A program made the position numbers and the translations under genes. From assembly GCA_027604505.1 (NCBI GenBank), contig JADIIX010000110.1, forward strand, positions 52,562 through 72,561: a stretch of DNA of 20,000 bases. Direction: 5' to 3'. Under the pieces are notes generated by a model. The model had not been told where the DNA came from. It saw only the letters and a list, made by a program, of their open reading frames with translations, and searched no databases. Below, one piece after another: positions 1 to 10,626 of this stretch (the first letter of the stretch is position 1; the number at the start of each line of letters is the position of its first letter). Source of the DNA: Gonapodya sp. JEL0774. Lineage: Eukaryota.

Positions 1-39
1 AAAACATGCTGGAGGCATCCACAACAGCGACCCTTCACA

Positions 40-210
40 GCCGGACCTGGGTGTGGCTGAGGACGTGTCCCGTGCACCTGTGTGCAGGCTTCTGACCACC
101 TCTCCCTCACTATCGTTGCAGGTGGGATCCGCTGGGTCAGGGAGTTGGGGTGGATCTGACCTCTCCCTCACTATTGTCGCAGAGCGGATAGTGCGGGGTT
201 TTTTGTTTCA
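40..210 (+). repeat. Split direct repeat A1
   Basis: ggctgagga...tcactatcgttgcaggtgggatc...tgacctctccctcactattgtcgcagagcggat...gttttttgttt matches 4556-4700. Confidence 0.85.
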
Positions 211-372
211 GATCACCTCTCATGTTCTTCTTCCCCTTCCACCCATCTCTTCTCCCTCTCAGCACGGGGCTCGTTTTTTCTTCTCTATACCACCCAACAC
301 TGCTTTCTCATGCCCAACCTTCCTCACTTCCCCCTTTTCACAGCTACTTCCGGCTCGAATCTCCCCCCTGCC

Positions 373-1618
373 AATGTCTCTGCACTCCCCTTCCAAACAA
401 CTTCTCCACCTCATACTACAGTGTCTAGACCAGGCCAACATGACCCACCAATCCTCAGAGATGTCTCGGCTTGCAACGGCTGTGCAGCAAGCTGAGCAGG
501 AGCAGGTCCGTGATACACAGATTGCCACTCAAACCGCATGGATCGACGCCCTCCAGGTGCAAGTTGAGATCCTTCTGAGCCTTCAGTTGCTGTCTCGCGA
601 CTCCGCGCCCCTGGTCCCTGGGGCGATCCCTCCTGCCTGTCCCAACCTTCTCTGCACATTTGATGATGTTCCCCTGGATTCCTTCTCTACCAATCCGGGC
701 TCTTCTGATGCCGCCTCTGTGCCTTCTGGAACTTTGTGCACCGCCAATCTGGCTCGGGACATTAACACAGCTGCTGTGGAGGTGCCGATCCATTGGGATG
801 TGCCTTCTACTTCTGATACCACCCTGTTGGGTGGCCCACAAATTGGTGAGTCGCTGACCTTTGCAGAGATCATGGATCAGCTCCCTCAATACCTTTGGAG
901 CTTGCCGTATGTTCCAGATCCAATCCCGGCGGGGCCGTACAAATGGGCAGATTGGGGAGATCTGAAAGACTTCTCTGTGGGCGCTGAGCTTGAAATCATT
1001 TTGTGTTGTGATCTTGACTTGGGTAATATCTCAGGGCCCTGTGCATCCATTATCAAGCACAGATCCCTGCAGTCGCTCTGGGTGGCCTCCAGCAACCTCA
1101 TCTGCTCCCATAGTTCCTGTGGTGTCCCTTGAGGAGGTCAGCAGTCCTACTTGATCTGTCTCCAGCAGCTGCAGATGCACTACAGAATCAGATGGCAACA
1201 AATTGTCGTTCTTGACAATGATCTCCAGGCTGCCCAGCACATTGCCGGCTTTGCCTTTCATGATCACCAAATCTGGACATCATTCGCTACTCTCCTCGTT
1301 GACACTCACAACAGTGCTCTATGGTCTGGGAGAGACATCGACAAGGCCAAGAAGCCTTCATATTGTCACAAGTACAATAGCGTGAATGGTTGCACAGTCG
1401 CCAACTGTAAGTGTCCTCACGTTTGCCGCAACTGTCGGGATGGACACCCTGCTTCTGCATGTCCCGCCGCCACCCCTGGGGCCCCTCTGGGTGATCTTGT
1501 CGCTGGTGATGGGGCCCCTGTCACCGGTCTCCCTGCCACTCAGCGCCCCACGAGGAGGAATCGGGGGCAGTGGCCTTCCTCCTGGGGTCTGCGCAGGGGC
1601 GTTTTGCCCATCTGGTGA
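373..1618 (+). pseudogene. gag-like ORF1 of YR retrotransposon, with one premature TGA at 1130-1132
   Basis: ORFs 53-1132 and 1151-1618 are in the same frame, separated by one TGA. C-terminal CHKYNSVNGCTVANCKCPHVCRNCRDGHPASAC is the composite CCCH+CCHC finger typical of DIRS/Ngaro Gag. Start codon uncertain. Confidence 0.75.
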
Positions 1619-3320
1619 GATTCCGCGTGAGCTGCTGCATACTGGGGACTCTTTGAATTTGAACAGTTCGAATTTTGAGCTGAGTTGTTTGGATCGTCGT
1701 TTATTGTCCGCAGGAGAGATTGCAGATGTTGATTACGTTTGGGATGGGGTTTGATTTGGTTTTTGCACATTTGATTTTGGTATGGAAGAGCCATGCCCGC
1801 AGTTTGCTTTTGAAACAGATAACTTTGGTTTGACAGGACCGGGCGGTGCGGCGTTGAAGGTGGCATTTGAGCAGGATATCGATAGTCAAGGACACATCAA
1901 AAGGTACATTCCGCATCATCACAGATTGCAGTAAGCCAGAGGGGCTAGCCCCCAACACTCGGTGTGTGGAAGCAGCAGTTGCCTATGAGAGGCACGACGT
2001 CTTGCGTCATGCTATTTTCGAGGCCGGTTGCAGCTGCCTCATTTCTGTTCGGGACATTTCAGCTGCTTACTGTCATGTTCACATTCACCCGGATGAGTAC
2101 CTGTATTATTTCATTTTTCACCCTTCTTTTGGTTACTATGTGGACCCTCGCTTGTCGTTTGGTATTTGCAAGGCATGCTTCACTTTTTCGGCAATTGGGA
2201 GGGTTATTTGGTTGATTTTGCGTTTGAACTACAGCGTTACTTGGACTTTCATCTACTTGGATGATTTCCTTAATGTCCATTGTTCCCGTCCCTCTGCCTT
2301 GGCGGAGTTCCATATCCTTGGCGAGACTTTAGCTTTGCTCGGCTTGCCTCCTAACATCCCAAGGACCAACCTCCGAGCACTCAGGCACAGATCCTTGGTT
2401 TTGTCTACGACACTGCAGCACGGACCATCACACTCCTGGCTGGTTGTCACTCCCTTGTTCTCGATCTTCTCCACACCACTCTTGCTTAGTCCAAGGTGAC
2501 TTGGCAACACCTCGAGCGTCTGCTTGGGTACCTTTCGCATATCTCTGACATTGTCTACAGTGGCCACACCTTTGTTCAGCGCTTCATTGACCTCGCCACC
2601 AGTCTGCGCCGCCTGTTCCATGAAGTTCGCCTCACTGTGGACACTCGACGGGACCTCCAGTGGTGGATCAATTACTTGCCAGGTTCTCAGGGTGCCTGAC
2701 CATTGTACAATCTTTCTCGCCCCTGGGCGGCAGGTGTGTTGCAGAGAGACACTGCTACGTCAGCTGGCTTTGGCTGGGTATAGCCCAAGTCATCTGGCAG
2801 TTCTCTGGACTCAAGTGGGACCCAATGGCTGAGGGGAATTCACAACTCGGGATCCTCTCAACTTCACACGGTTGCCTCCCCCACGCCTCCCCATAGGGGT
2901 GAGGTATCTGGGTACTTATGTGCATGCAATTCAGTCACTGACTCTCTGCCTCCCTCTGTCCCTCTTTCTCCTATGATTGTCTGGCGTGGCAAGTACACGG
3001 GCCGGTGCACAGCTGACTTCCACTCTGGCTGGTTTCATGCTTACCTGGATGGAGCAAACATCAACATTCTCGAGTTGGTTTGTATCCATTTGGCAATCTC
3101 CGATCTGGTCCCCTCTCTCGCTGGAATGTGGATCTGGGTGCAAACAGATTTGGGAGTTGCACAGGCGTGGATCAACACAGGCATAGCACAGAGTGACCCT
3201 CATGCAATGGACCTTTTGCGCAATCTCTTCTACTTATCTGCCTGATACAGTTTCCATGTCTCCGCTGTGCATCTTGCGGGCGGATAACTCCCTGGCGGTT
3301 CTCAGAGTTTGCTGACTGTT
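1600..3320 (+). pseudogene. Reverse transcriptase + RNase H (pol), frameshifted
   Basis: RT motifs KGTFRIITDCSKP, DISAAYCHVHIHP, YVDPRLSFG and FIYLDDFL (YLDD at 2254-2265). Thumb/connector LERLLGYLSH...DLQWW (2496-2699). RNase H NINILELVCIHLAI...VQTDLGVAQAWINTG (2973-3245). Multiple stops and frameshifts; start approximate. Confidence 0.9.
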
Positions 3321-3329
3321 GGTTTACTG

Positions 3330-4303
3330 CTTCCCCATTCCCTTTGTCCCTCAACCCAGCAGCCGAGTTTGGTGACGAGTCTGCCTTCTTTGCGACCTCC
3401 ACAGCATCCTCATAGAAGACGCATCTCCACTCCTACATGCAGTTTTTTGTCCACTTTGCCATTCTCCCCGCCCTTCCAGCCCCTCTCCTTGCTGTCTGGT
3501 TGTGGGTCTTGCTCCTCTCTTGTTCTGTCAAGCCCACGTCAATCCATGAATACGTTGGCAGGCTCAAGGCGTTTCACCTGCGCCATTGCCTGCCTGCCCC
3601 CTGGGTCGGGGACTGGCAGCTTGCTCACTTCCTGAAGGCAAACCACCCAAGCATGCCGCTGTCCTCTCCATCTCCAAAGACTCCCATCTTCTTGCTGGCC
3701 TTGATCGCTCACAACTCGCTGACTCCGTCCTGTGGCCTCTATCGCAAGTCCAATCTTGGCGTCAAGTCCGCCAATCTCCAGTGGCAGGCTCTCAACTGGG
3801 ATGACCTGTGGCTCTCACCCGATAGCTGCGTCCTCTGGTGCCATGTGTGTGGATCCAAGACTCTCCAGGACTGCTCCTGGGTCATCACTCATCTGCTGGT
3901 TGTGATCCCTGGCACACTCATTGATCCAGCCTGTGCCTATTTGCACGTTTGTTCCTTCTCCTCTGCAGAGTCCGCTTTGCCTGTCACCTATCACTGGCTC
4001 GAGTCCTCCCTTTGTGCCGTTGTCACCCGCACCCGTGTGGCCCCGTCCTCCGGCATCTCCACCTGGCATAGCTTCCATGCCTTGAGGGCTTCTTTTGCTG
4101 TCTGTGTTGGGATGCCTGACAGCTGGATTCAGATTGTTGGAGATTGGAAATCCAATGTGTTTTTGGTCTACCTCTGGCTCTCCGATCAAGACAAGTTGGC
4201 GGAGGTGGAAAGGTTTGCCGCCCAGGCCAGGGGCGCTGGGGGCAAGTGCGTTGTAGTGCTGGTGGTTTGGGAGAGTGGGTGCTTGGGATGTGGCGCGGAG
4301 TGA
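3330..4303 (+). pseudogene. Tyrosine recombinase of YR retrotransposon (degenerate)
   Basis: GLYRKSNL (catalytic R), GSKT (K), HSFHALRAS (degenerate HSFRxGG) and GDWKSNVFLVYL (W...Y nucleophile). The N-terminal part upstream of 3437 is cut off by a TAG. Confidence 0.88.
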
Positions 4304-4416
4304 GATGATGTTGGCGTCTGTGTGTGTGTTTACCTTCGTGGTACTGGTGTTCTTTCTTTCTTTTCTCTTTTCCCCTCTGTCTCCCCTGTTCTCTCCCTCT
4401 CTTAGTGGTGCCCTTG

Positions 4417-4544
4417 GTGACGGGAGGAGCTGGGGGACTACCCTCGCCCTCCTGCCCGGTTTTAGCCAGCCTTGTGTTGTATCCCAGTGGCGTTTCCCAC
4501 TGTTCCCTCCTCCTCTCTCGTGGACCGTGCACTAGGGCGTGTCT
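4417..4544 (+). repeat. Split direct repeat B1
   Basis: gccctcctgcccggttttagccagccttg...tcccagtggcgtttcccactgttccctcctcctctct...cactagggcgtgtct matches 4715-4866. Confidence 0.85.
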
Positions 4545-4555
4545 TGGAGCCATGG

Positions 4556-4700
4556 CCAGACCCAGAGGCGGCTGAGGACAGGCCCTGGGCAGGCTTGTCC
4601 CCACCTTTCCGTCACTATCGTTGCGGGTGGGATCTGACCTCTCCCTCACTATTGTCGCAGAGTGGATTGGGTGCCCTCGTGGGTTTTTGTTTTTCTCTGA
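4556..4700 (+). repeat. Split direct repeat A2
   Basis: Diverged copy of 40-210, lacking ~25 bp that lie between two GGATC motifs in A1. Confidence 0.85.
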
Positions 4701-4714
4701 TGATACAATGGCGG

Positions 4715-4866
4715 CGTGAGGGGCTCAGGGATTACCTTTGCCCTCCTGCCTGGTTTCAGCCAGTCTTGTCCCCCTCCATCAGCATTGCGTTGTGTCCCAG
4801 TGGCGTTTCCCCACTGTTCCCTCCTCCTCTCTAGCGGCTTGCAGACTGTACACTAGGGCCTGTCTG
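4715..4866 (+). repeat. Split direct repeat B2 (right terminus)
   Basis: Copy of B1 with two small indels. Confidence 0.85.
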
Positions 4867-5016
4867 ACCCTTTTTGGTGCTGTCTCTGGATCGAGAACAT
4901 GGTCGTCCTCCCAAACTGTAGTGGGGCTGTCACTACGTATCAGTCTCAGCCCTGCATGATGGGATGGTGGCCTAGTGATAGGCCTAGAGTGTGGGATGAT
5001 GTGAAGTGTGATCTAG

Positions 5017-5660
5017 ATGTGCCTTATATACATGTGGAGGCTGTGGTCATGTGCAAGGTGTCAATACCACAACAGTAGTCTCCTGGCCTGTCCACAAAAG
5101 TCGAATTCCGCAAGCAATTGCTCAGTGACTCCCAACACTCCTGCTCTTCCCATCGAGATACTCCACTGTATTTTCTCGTTCCTCCATCCTGCAAACATAT
5201 TCAAAGCAGGGGGTGTCTGTAGTGCCTGGCGTGATGCTGCAAAGACAAAGTACGTTTGTGAAGCCGCATGTGTGGAACCCCTCAATTCCTTGAAAGCCAG
5301 CTGTTCAACGTTGAGAGACTTGACAGTGCAGCTTATTTTCCTGGATGCAAATCTGTTGACAAGTCAGCATGTTGTCAGGAACAGGGAGACAGGAAAAAAT
5401 GGACATTAGGGTGTGGTGGAGGCTGAATCGGAATGGCTTGGTGATACAGTTGCGATGAGGGAATGCATACCTCAGCTCAAGAAATTGTTCACTACAGGCC
5501 TCTGCGGAACCCAGCATCGGACAATCTCGCGTCACCACAGCATCAACCCAATGTTAAAGATGTCATGGAGGAATTTCATCAGTTCACTGATCATGAAAAA
5601 GACTGCTCATTGTTGACATGGCATCACTACAAAGTGCAAGGATTTGCGGCAGTGTACTAA
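5017..5660 (+). pseudogene. F-box protein, probably pseudogenised
   Basis: LPIEILHCIFSFLHPANIFKAGGVCSAWRDAAK is an F-box consensus. The frame stops at 5409 and continues only as short fragments. Extent uncertain. Confidence 0.65.
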
Positions 5661-6022
5661 AATTCCCCGCAACCTGGTGAGACGGGCTGAGAATTTGTGA
5701 GGGTTGGGGCAATTGGGAATGTGCAGACAACAATGCCATATGGAGATACTCAGAGGACAAACGAGTCACGCGGAAAATGTGGTGTGATGCTGTTGGTTAC
5801 TGATTATGGGATTCTTTCAATAAAATCAAAAGTTACTCGTTGCTTCCATTGCCTCTTGCTGTGATTGGAATGAGCGAGGGAGGCTGCGAGTTTTGCGCAA
5901 GGAGCAGAGACACTAGGGAGGTTGCGCACCGCATCTAGTAATTGTAATTTGCGAAGTGAAAAACAAAATAGCCGAGTGACCTTGCGCACTCAACCCCGCT
6001 CCCAACTTAACCAACCACTTTC

Positions 6023-7213
6023 ATGGACAGGGACACCTCTGACTCCGACGATTCCTTTGCATTCGTTAGCATCGGACTGGAGAGGATCAGGAGAAGGCGC
6101 CGATTGTTGCTTGCGGCAAGTCCGCGTCTGCCAGAGCGACTGGCGTTCCCTGCAGCACTTTCAGATGCAGACTGTCTTCATTGTTCTAGGTGAGTTGCGA
6201 CTGCCATCCATAGCTCAGGACTGTGGACGTATTGATTTCTCACACCAATTACTAGGTTCAAAAAAGCCAACCTATTTCATCTCAAAGTGGCACTCGGGAT
6301 TCCCAGAACCATCATCCTAGAAAACCAACTTGAATTTCTTGGAATTGAGGCACTCTGTGTGCTGCTTTGACGTTTTACCTTCCCAAATTGCCTTGCCGAC
6401 ATTGCCCTCACCTTTGGACGCTCTGCAGACAAACTCTCCCGCATTGTCTCTTATCTTGCAGATGAAATCACACGCAAATCAAAGAAAATTTTGACTTGGG
6501 ATGCTGAGCGCTGACTCTGGTGCTGCTAAAGCAGTTTTGCCAGGCCATCCACACTGCTCGGTCGCTGCTTCAAACAGTCTTAGGATTCATCAACAGAACA
6601 GAGCGTCAAATAGCGCGACCAACACACCATCAGAGGAAGTTTTACAGTGGACATAAAGTCAGCATTTGCTGAAGTTTCAAGGAGTGGTCACCCTGGATGG
6701 CATTGTCATACATTGATGCAGACCTTTCCTGGGCCCGGATCATGACATCACGATTTATAGGCTGAGTGGACTCAATGATATACTTGCACAGCGCGATGAG
6801 TGGATGGTTGAGTACAGTTACCTTGTCTACTCTCAAAGTTTTTCCAGTGGACAGCTTTTGGGCCAAACTACGAGCCATACCAAATCTAAGGAGACCCGGC
6901 CTACTTCCCTGGCAACAGCCATCTCGTCGGACCCTGGAAGCTGCCGCACTTGACACCAGAGTAGCAGCAGTATAACACGCCAAACAGTGCAGTGAGGGTG
7001 TCAATTGAGTGGGCATGGGACAAGCCAGCAACGCTTTTTGCGTTTTTGAATGACTATTGGACCCTGAAAGTGAAGCTATCACCAGTAGCGTCTTATTATC
7101 GTGTAGGCATTTTCTTGGCTAATGTTCATACATGTTTTCATGGGTGCAAAACTAGTGAGAAGTTTGGGGTCAATCCCCCCTCAATTGAGACCTATTTGCA
7201 AGCATATATGTAA
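6023..7213 (+). pseudogene. PIF/Harbinger-type DDE transposase (DDE_Tnp_4-like), decayed
   Basis: ATG at 6023 and intron 6190-6255 (gtgagt...tag). Motifs: RFKK...EALCVLL*RFTFP...FGRS..SRI (HTH region), LGFINRT (degenerate GFIDGT, 6583-6600), YSGHK, LKFQGVVTLDG, HD, GDPAY, RVSIEWAW and LANVHTCFHG...PPSIETYL. Several stops and frameshifts. Confidence 0.88.
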
Positions 7214-7236
7214 CAACTTTATATTGAAATACAATG

Positions 7237-8161
7237 CTACTGTTTGTGGCTTACAAAACTTTTAAACATCTCCATTATCATCTGTTGGTTTGTGGTGGCC
7301 AACTTCCTCTCCCTCAGCTCCAACTCCTTCATTCTCCTCTCCTCTGCTTGCCTTGCTATTGCCAAGTATGCTTTCTTCTTGTGGCTGTCCTCCTTCAGCA
7401 GTTCCAGGCATCTTTCACGGGCCTCCCCCTTTTCTTCCTTTTTTTGATGTCGTCTGCTGTCCAATCCTCCTCCTCATCTCCCATTGCTAGCGGGCGCTTC
7501 TTGGAGAGTGTTTCCGTGGCGTTCTGTCTGATGTCTGATGGGGAAGTCAGCCAACAACACTCCCACTCACCTGCTGCCGGCTTCATGTCACGTTTCCTAT
7601 CAGCCAATGCATTTTCCTTGTTCTTGGCAAGTTTGGCGTTGAAGGTGGCTTGCTGTTGTAACACACCTATGTAATTGTGATATCCCAAACCGACCCCCAA
7701 AACGGATTGGATCATGTCACTCACCCCGTTGGCATAATCTTCCACCATCGCATCCAATGCCAACTCCTCCTTGTTCTTGCCTGTGAGCTTTTCAGAAGCT
7801 GTGTTCCGCTACTCCCAGGCAATCACGAGGGGCTTGACCCCGCGATCAGTGTTCTGGTGGGTGACCTTGGTGTACAGCACCAGGTTCTCTCTCCTCATGG
7901 CCTCTGCAATGTCCATCAAGCGCTTCCGCATCGTGTCCTGCTTTCTTGTTGCTTCGAAGGGCAGGATGATGTTGGCATGGCACATGAGGACAAGTGAGGA
8001 GGTGTGTTCCAAGTGAACTTTTTGCTGGCGGATATTTTGACTGTGGTAGCAGCGGTTCCTGAGTCGATGGGCATTCTTGTAGTGGACGCTTGTTGTTGCG
8101 TATCCATGATGATGTTCTGTGCAATTGATTTGAGTCCACCATGAATGGCTTTCATGGGGAC
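7237..8161 (-). pseudogene. Harbinger accessory (Myb/SANT/trihelix-like) protein, decayed, convergent with the transposase
   Basis: Tail-to-tail with the transposase (stops 23 bp apart). KKFTW...PFEA...DIAEAM N-terminal region, ASEKLTGKNKEELALD linker and C-terminal coiled coil ELELRERKLA..QQMIMEMF. Two-gene architecture is typical of PIF/Harbinger. Domain call is inference. Confidence 0.65.
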
Positions 8162-8218
8162 CTGTGGACGAAGATGAAAAACCACCATATGAATCCTAAG
8201 TTACAATAAGAAACTTAC

Positions 8219-8503
8219 CTCCTTCTCTTCTGCTGTCATCTTAGTCCACATGTCTCCAATTGTACCTCCAACCATCCTGAATCCATACTCCGGATGATCC
8301 TTCATGACCTCCTTCTCCTTCGATTTCCGGAACAAGGCAAAGCTGGAGGGTGGTGGCTTTGCCTTTTTCTGTGACAATGTGGGTTTGTGTGGGTGGCTGG
8401 GTCTCTTTGAAAGAGCTCTGGGCTTGTGTGTTGGTGCTGACTCAGTTGGCGCGTTGTCAGGTGCTGGGATGGCATCTGCAACACACAGAGACTGAGAAAA
8501 CAA
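8219..8503 (-). CDS. HMG-box exon
   Basis: KAKPPPSSFALFRKSKEKEVMKDHPEYGFRMVGGTIGDMWTKMTAEEKE matches HMG-box helices 1-2 and the start of helix 3. It is followed by a GTAAGT donor at 8218. The 5' end is uncertain. Confidence 0.8.
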
Positions 8504-9052
8504 GAAAACGCCACATTACCGTTTTTAGATTGTGATTGCTACTGAGAAATATTTTTCAATTGCGCTCTCACTGTGCAACACCGGGTCATTAGACTCGCTG
8601 CTGCACCCCATGAGATTTCCGCTATGATTTGGAACGCGTGGCACCTCTTCAACAATGTCGTTGGTGGATTAATATGTTTTGAAGCCTATGGAGGACTTTA
8701 AGGAATTCATCGCGATGTCTTGGAATGGAGAGTGTGGTCTGCGGCAGACGAAAACCAAGGGCTGCGTTGCAAGTGACTCATTTGTATTCGTCACAAATTG
8801 ACTCATGTAATATAATCAGCGTTATCGTACTGCAGCAATGTGAAAAAATGAGACCAATCGCATCCGATTTTACGAGTCAAACGAGCAGAGTTTTGTGCTC
8901 CCAATTCCGGCTCCAGAATTGGGAGGGCACCAATATTTTCCCCCGATACCTTGTGTGCACCAAAGTCGTGAAAACGGAATTCTGCGCAACCTCTCTTCTG
9001 AGCGGTGCTACAATTATCATGCAATTTTCCCAACAATCCCCAAACAGCCCCG

Positions 9053-10546
9053 ATGGCTGCTGCGAAGCCATCTCTCACGCAAAACACTTCATCACAATCT
9101 GCCGATAAGTTGTTCCCAACTCCTTCCGCCTCAAACCGTGTTCGTCGATTCTTCGTCCGTCCCACTCAAACCCATGATGCTCGTGAACGGGCACGGAAGC
9201 AGTCAGAAAGATCTCACTGGTCTTTTAGATCGTTGTTTAGCGCTGCGAAAACTGCGGTCGGGAAGATGTTTCGTCCATCCAGGCGTTCGTGGTCTTCGCT
9301 CCTCAAGCAACAGACTTCCCCCCCACGTGTCTCACCAGATGCCCCACCTCTGGACCGAGTACCTGTGAGAACTGCTCGATTTTACTTTCGGCACCCTATT
9401 CATCTCCGATGTGGTTTCAGTGCTCCGCGACGGAAACCTGTGATTCCCCGGAACCGCCGCCATCAGTCTCTGACATGAACAGCTCCTTCACCGTCGTTGA
9501 AACCGCTTCTGTATCTACCTCTCTGAAATGTTCAATTCGGGATTCAGAAGACCATCTCGCGGATCAGGCGAATCACGGGGATCACGTGGAATGTTATCTC
9601 AAACTCGGGAGTGATGTTCTGATTGAAGCACCGGTACGTCTTCACATCTTACACCGTTCTTCTTCTTCATAGCTAAGACGTACTATAAGAGCAGTCCGTT
9701 TTCGTGACAAAACTGTGGGCATCGCGACTCCCTCCGGAAATACTGGAAATAATATTTCGGCACATTCCCCTCTGTGAACGCTACTCCACTTTACGATACG
9801 TCTGCTCTTCGTGGCGTAGTTTTGTTATGGGTCTCGACGGTATACCCGCCAATATCAACATTCAAATCGTCAACGGATTCGCCAAACCTTCGCCTGTCGA
9901 TCTCAAGGCTATGAAATTCGGTTTCAACATCGTGACTTCAAAACATAAACTCTTCGCGCACGACGGCTCTCCCATTCCACGGCACATGTACAAGCTCCAA
10001 ATCGAGTACCACGAGTACTACCCAGTCCACCTTAGTCCGAGAGAGCTCGAGCGCCAATGGATCCCGAAAGACGATCTCTCCAAACCATTATATCGCGTGC
10101 CTTATCATATCGTCGATCTCGAGAACGAGGCCTGTACGTTTCTACGTTATGGGGATCCGAACTTTCCACTCCGGGCCGGAGAATGTGTTGCATGCGGACT
10201 TGTTGCCTGTCTCCGTTTATATTACAAGGAACCAGAACCTGGTGAATCAGCCGTGTGGACGGTTCAGGATCTTCAGGAGTTAGCCCTTCGTGCACTCGAG
10301 AAGGAATTTGGACAACATGTTTTGGGGCGCTTGTGTGAGATTGGCATGCCAGACTGGAACAATCCGCAAATGTTGTTGGACATTGCGTTTTTTACAACAA
10401 CTGCTGTTGAGATAGGTAGTTCGGGGCACTATGATTACTTGGACAAACATTGGAGGCGGTCAGGAGCGATTGATGGTATCACATATGAAATGTGGAGTAA
10501 CCACCCAGTACAGAAGTACAGAAGGAATCAAACAATTGAAGAATAA
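9053..10546 (+). CDS. F-box domain protein, 3 exons (9053-9364, 9421-9633, 9695-10546; ~458 aa)
   Basis: F-box LPPEILEIIFRHIPLCERYSTLRYVCSSWR. Phase-0 introns 9365-9420 (gtgaga...cag) and 9634-9694 (gtacgt...gctaag...cag) join three ORFs in frame with no stops. CpG retained. Confidence 0.75.
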
Positions 10547-10626
10547 TATGAGATTATCTTGTAGAGTGGACGGTCAAGCCTGACCGCCCCGACCAAATCT
10601 GTCTACAGCGTTTGAATTTCGGATCG

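Larger units (their letters stand above)
40..4866 (+). mobile_element. Decayed tyrosine-recombinase retrotransposon (DIRS order, Ngaro-like) with split direct repeats
   Basis: Gag zinc finger, RT, RNase H and tyrosine recombinase motifs occur in this order on the + strand. Repeats are arranged A1(~40-210)-ORFs-B1(~4417-4544)-A2(~4556-4700)-B2(~4715-4866). No methyltransferase domain is visible between RNase H and YR. Ends are approximate. Confidence 0.9.

Noticed and set aside
3437..4303. Phage integrase/prophage or Crypton interpretation of the tyrosine recombinase
   Set aside because: Directly follows RT/RNase H within split direct repeats in intron-containing eukaryotic DNA
4697..4740. 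CTGATGA as a hammerhead ribozyme core in the retroelement repeats
   Set aside because: No downstream GAAA or supporting stems
4023..4834. ORFs on both strands over the YR 3' end and terminal repeats, including hydrophobic 4275-4535
   Set aside because: By-products of CT-rich low-complexity and repeat sequence; no Ngaro hydrolase-like motifs
5757..8785. 13-bp inverted match acaaacgagtcac (5757-5769) / gtgactcatttgt (8773-8785) as Harbinger TIRs
   Set aside because: No flanking TSD, lacks the usual G-rich terminus and does not extend; may be chance
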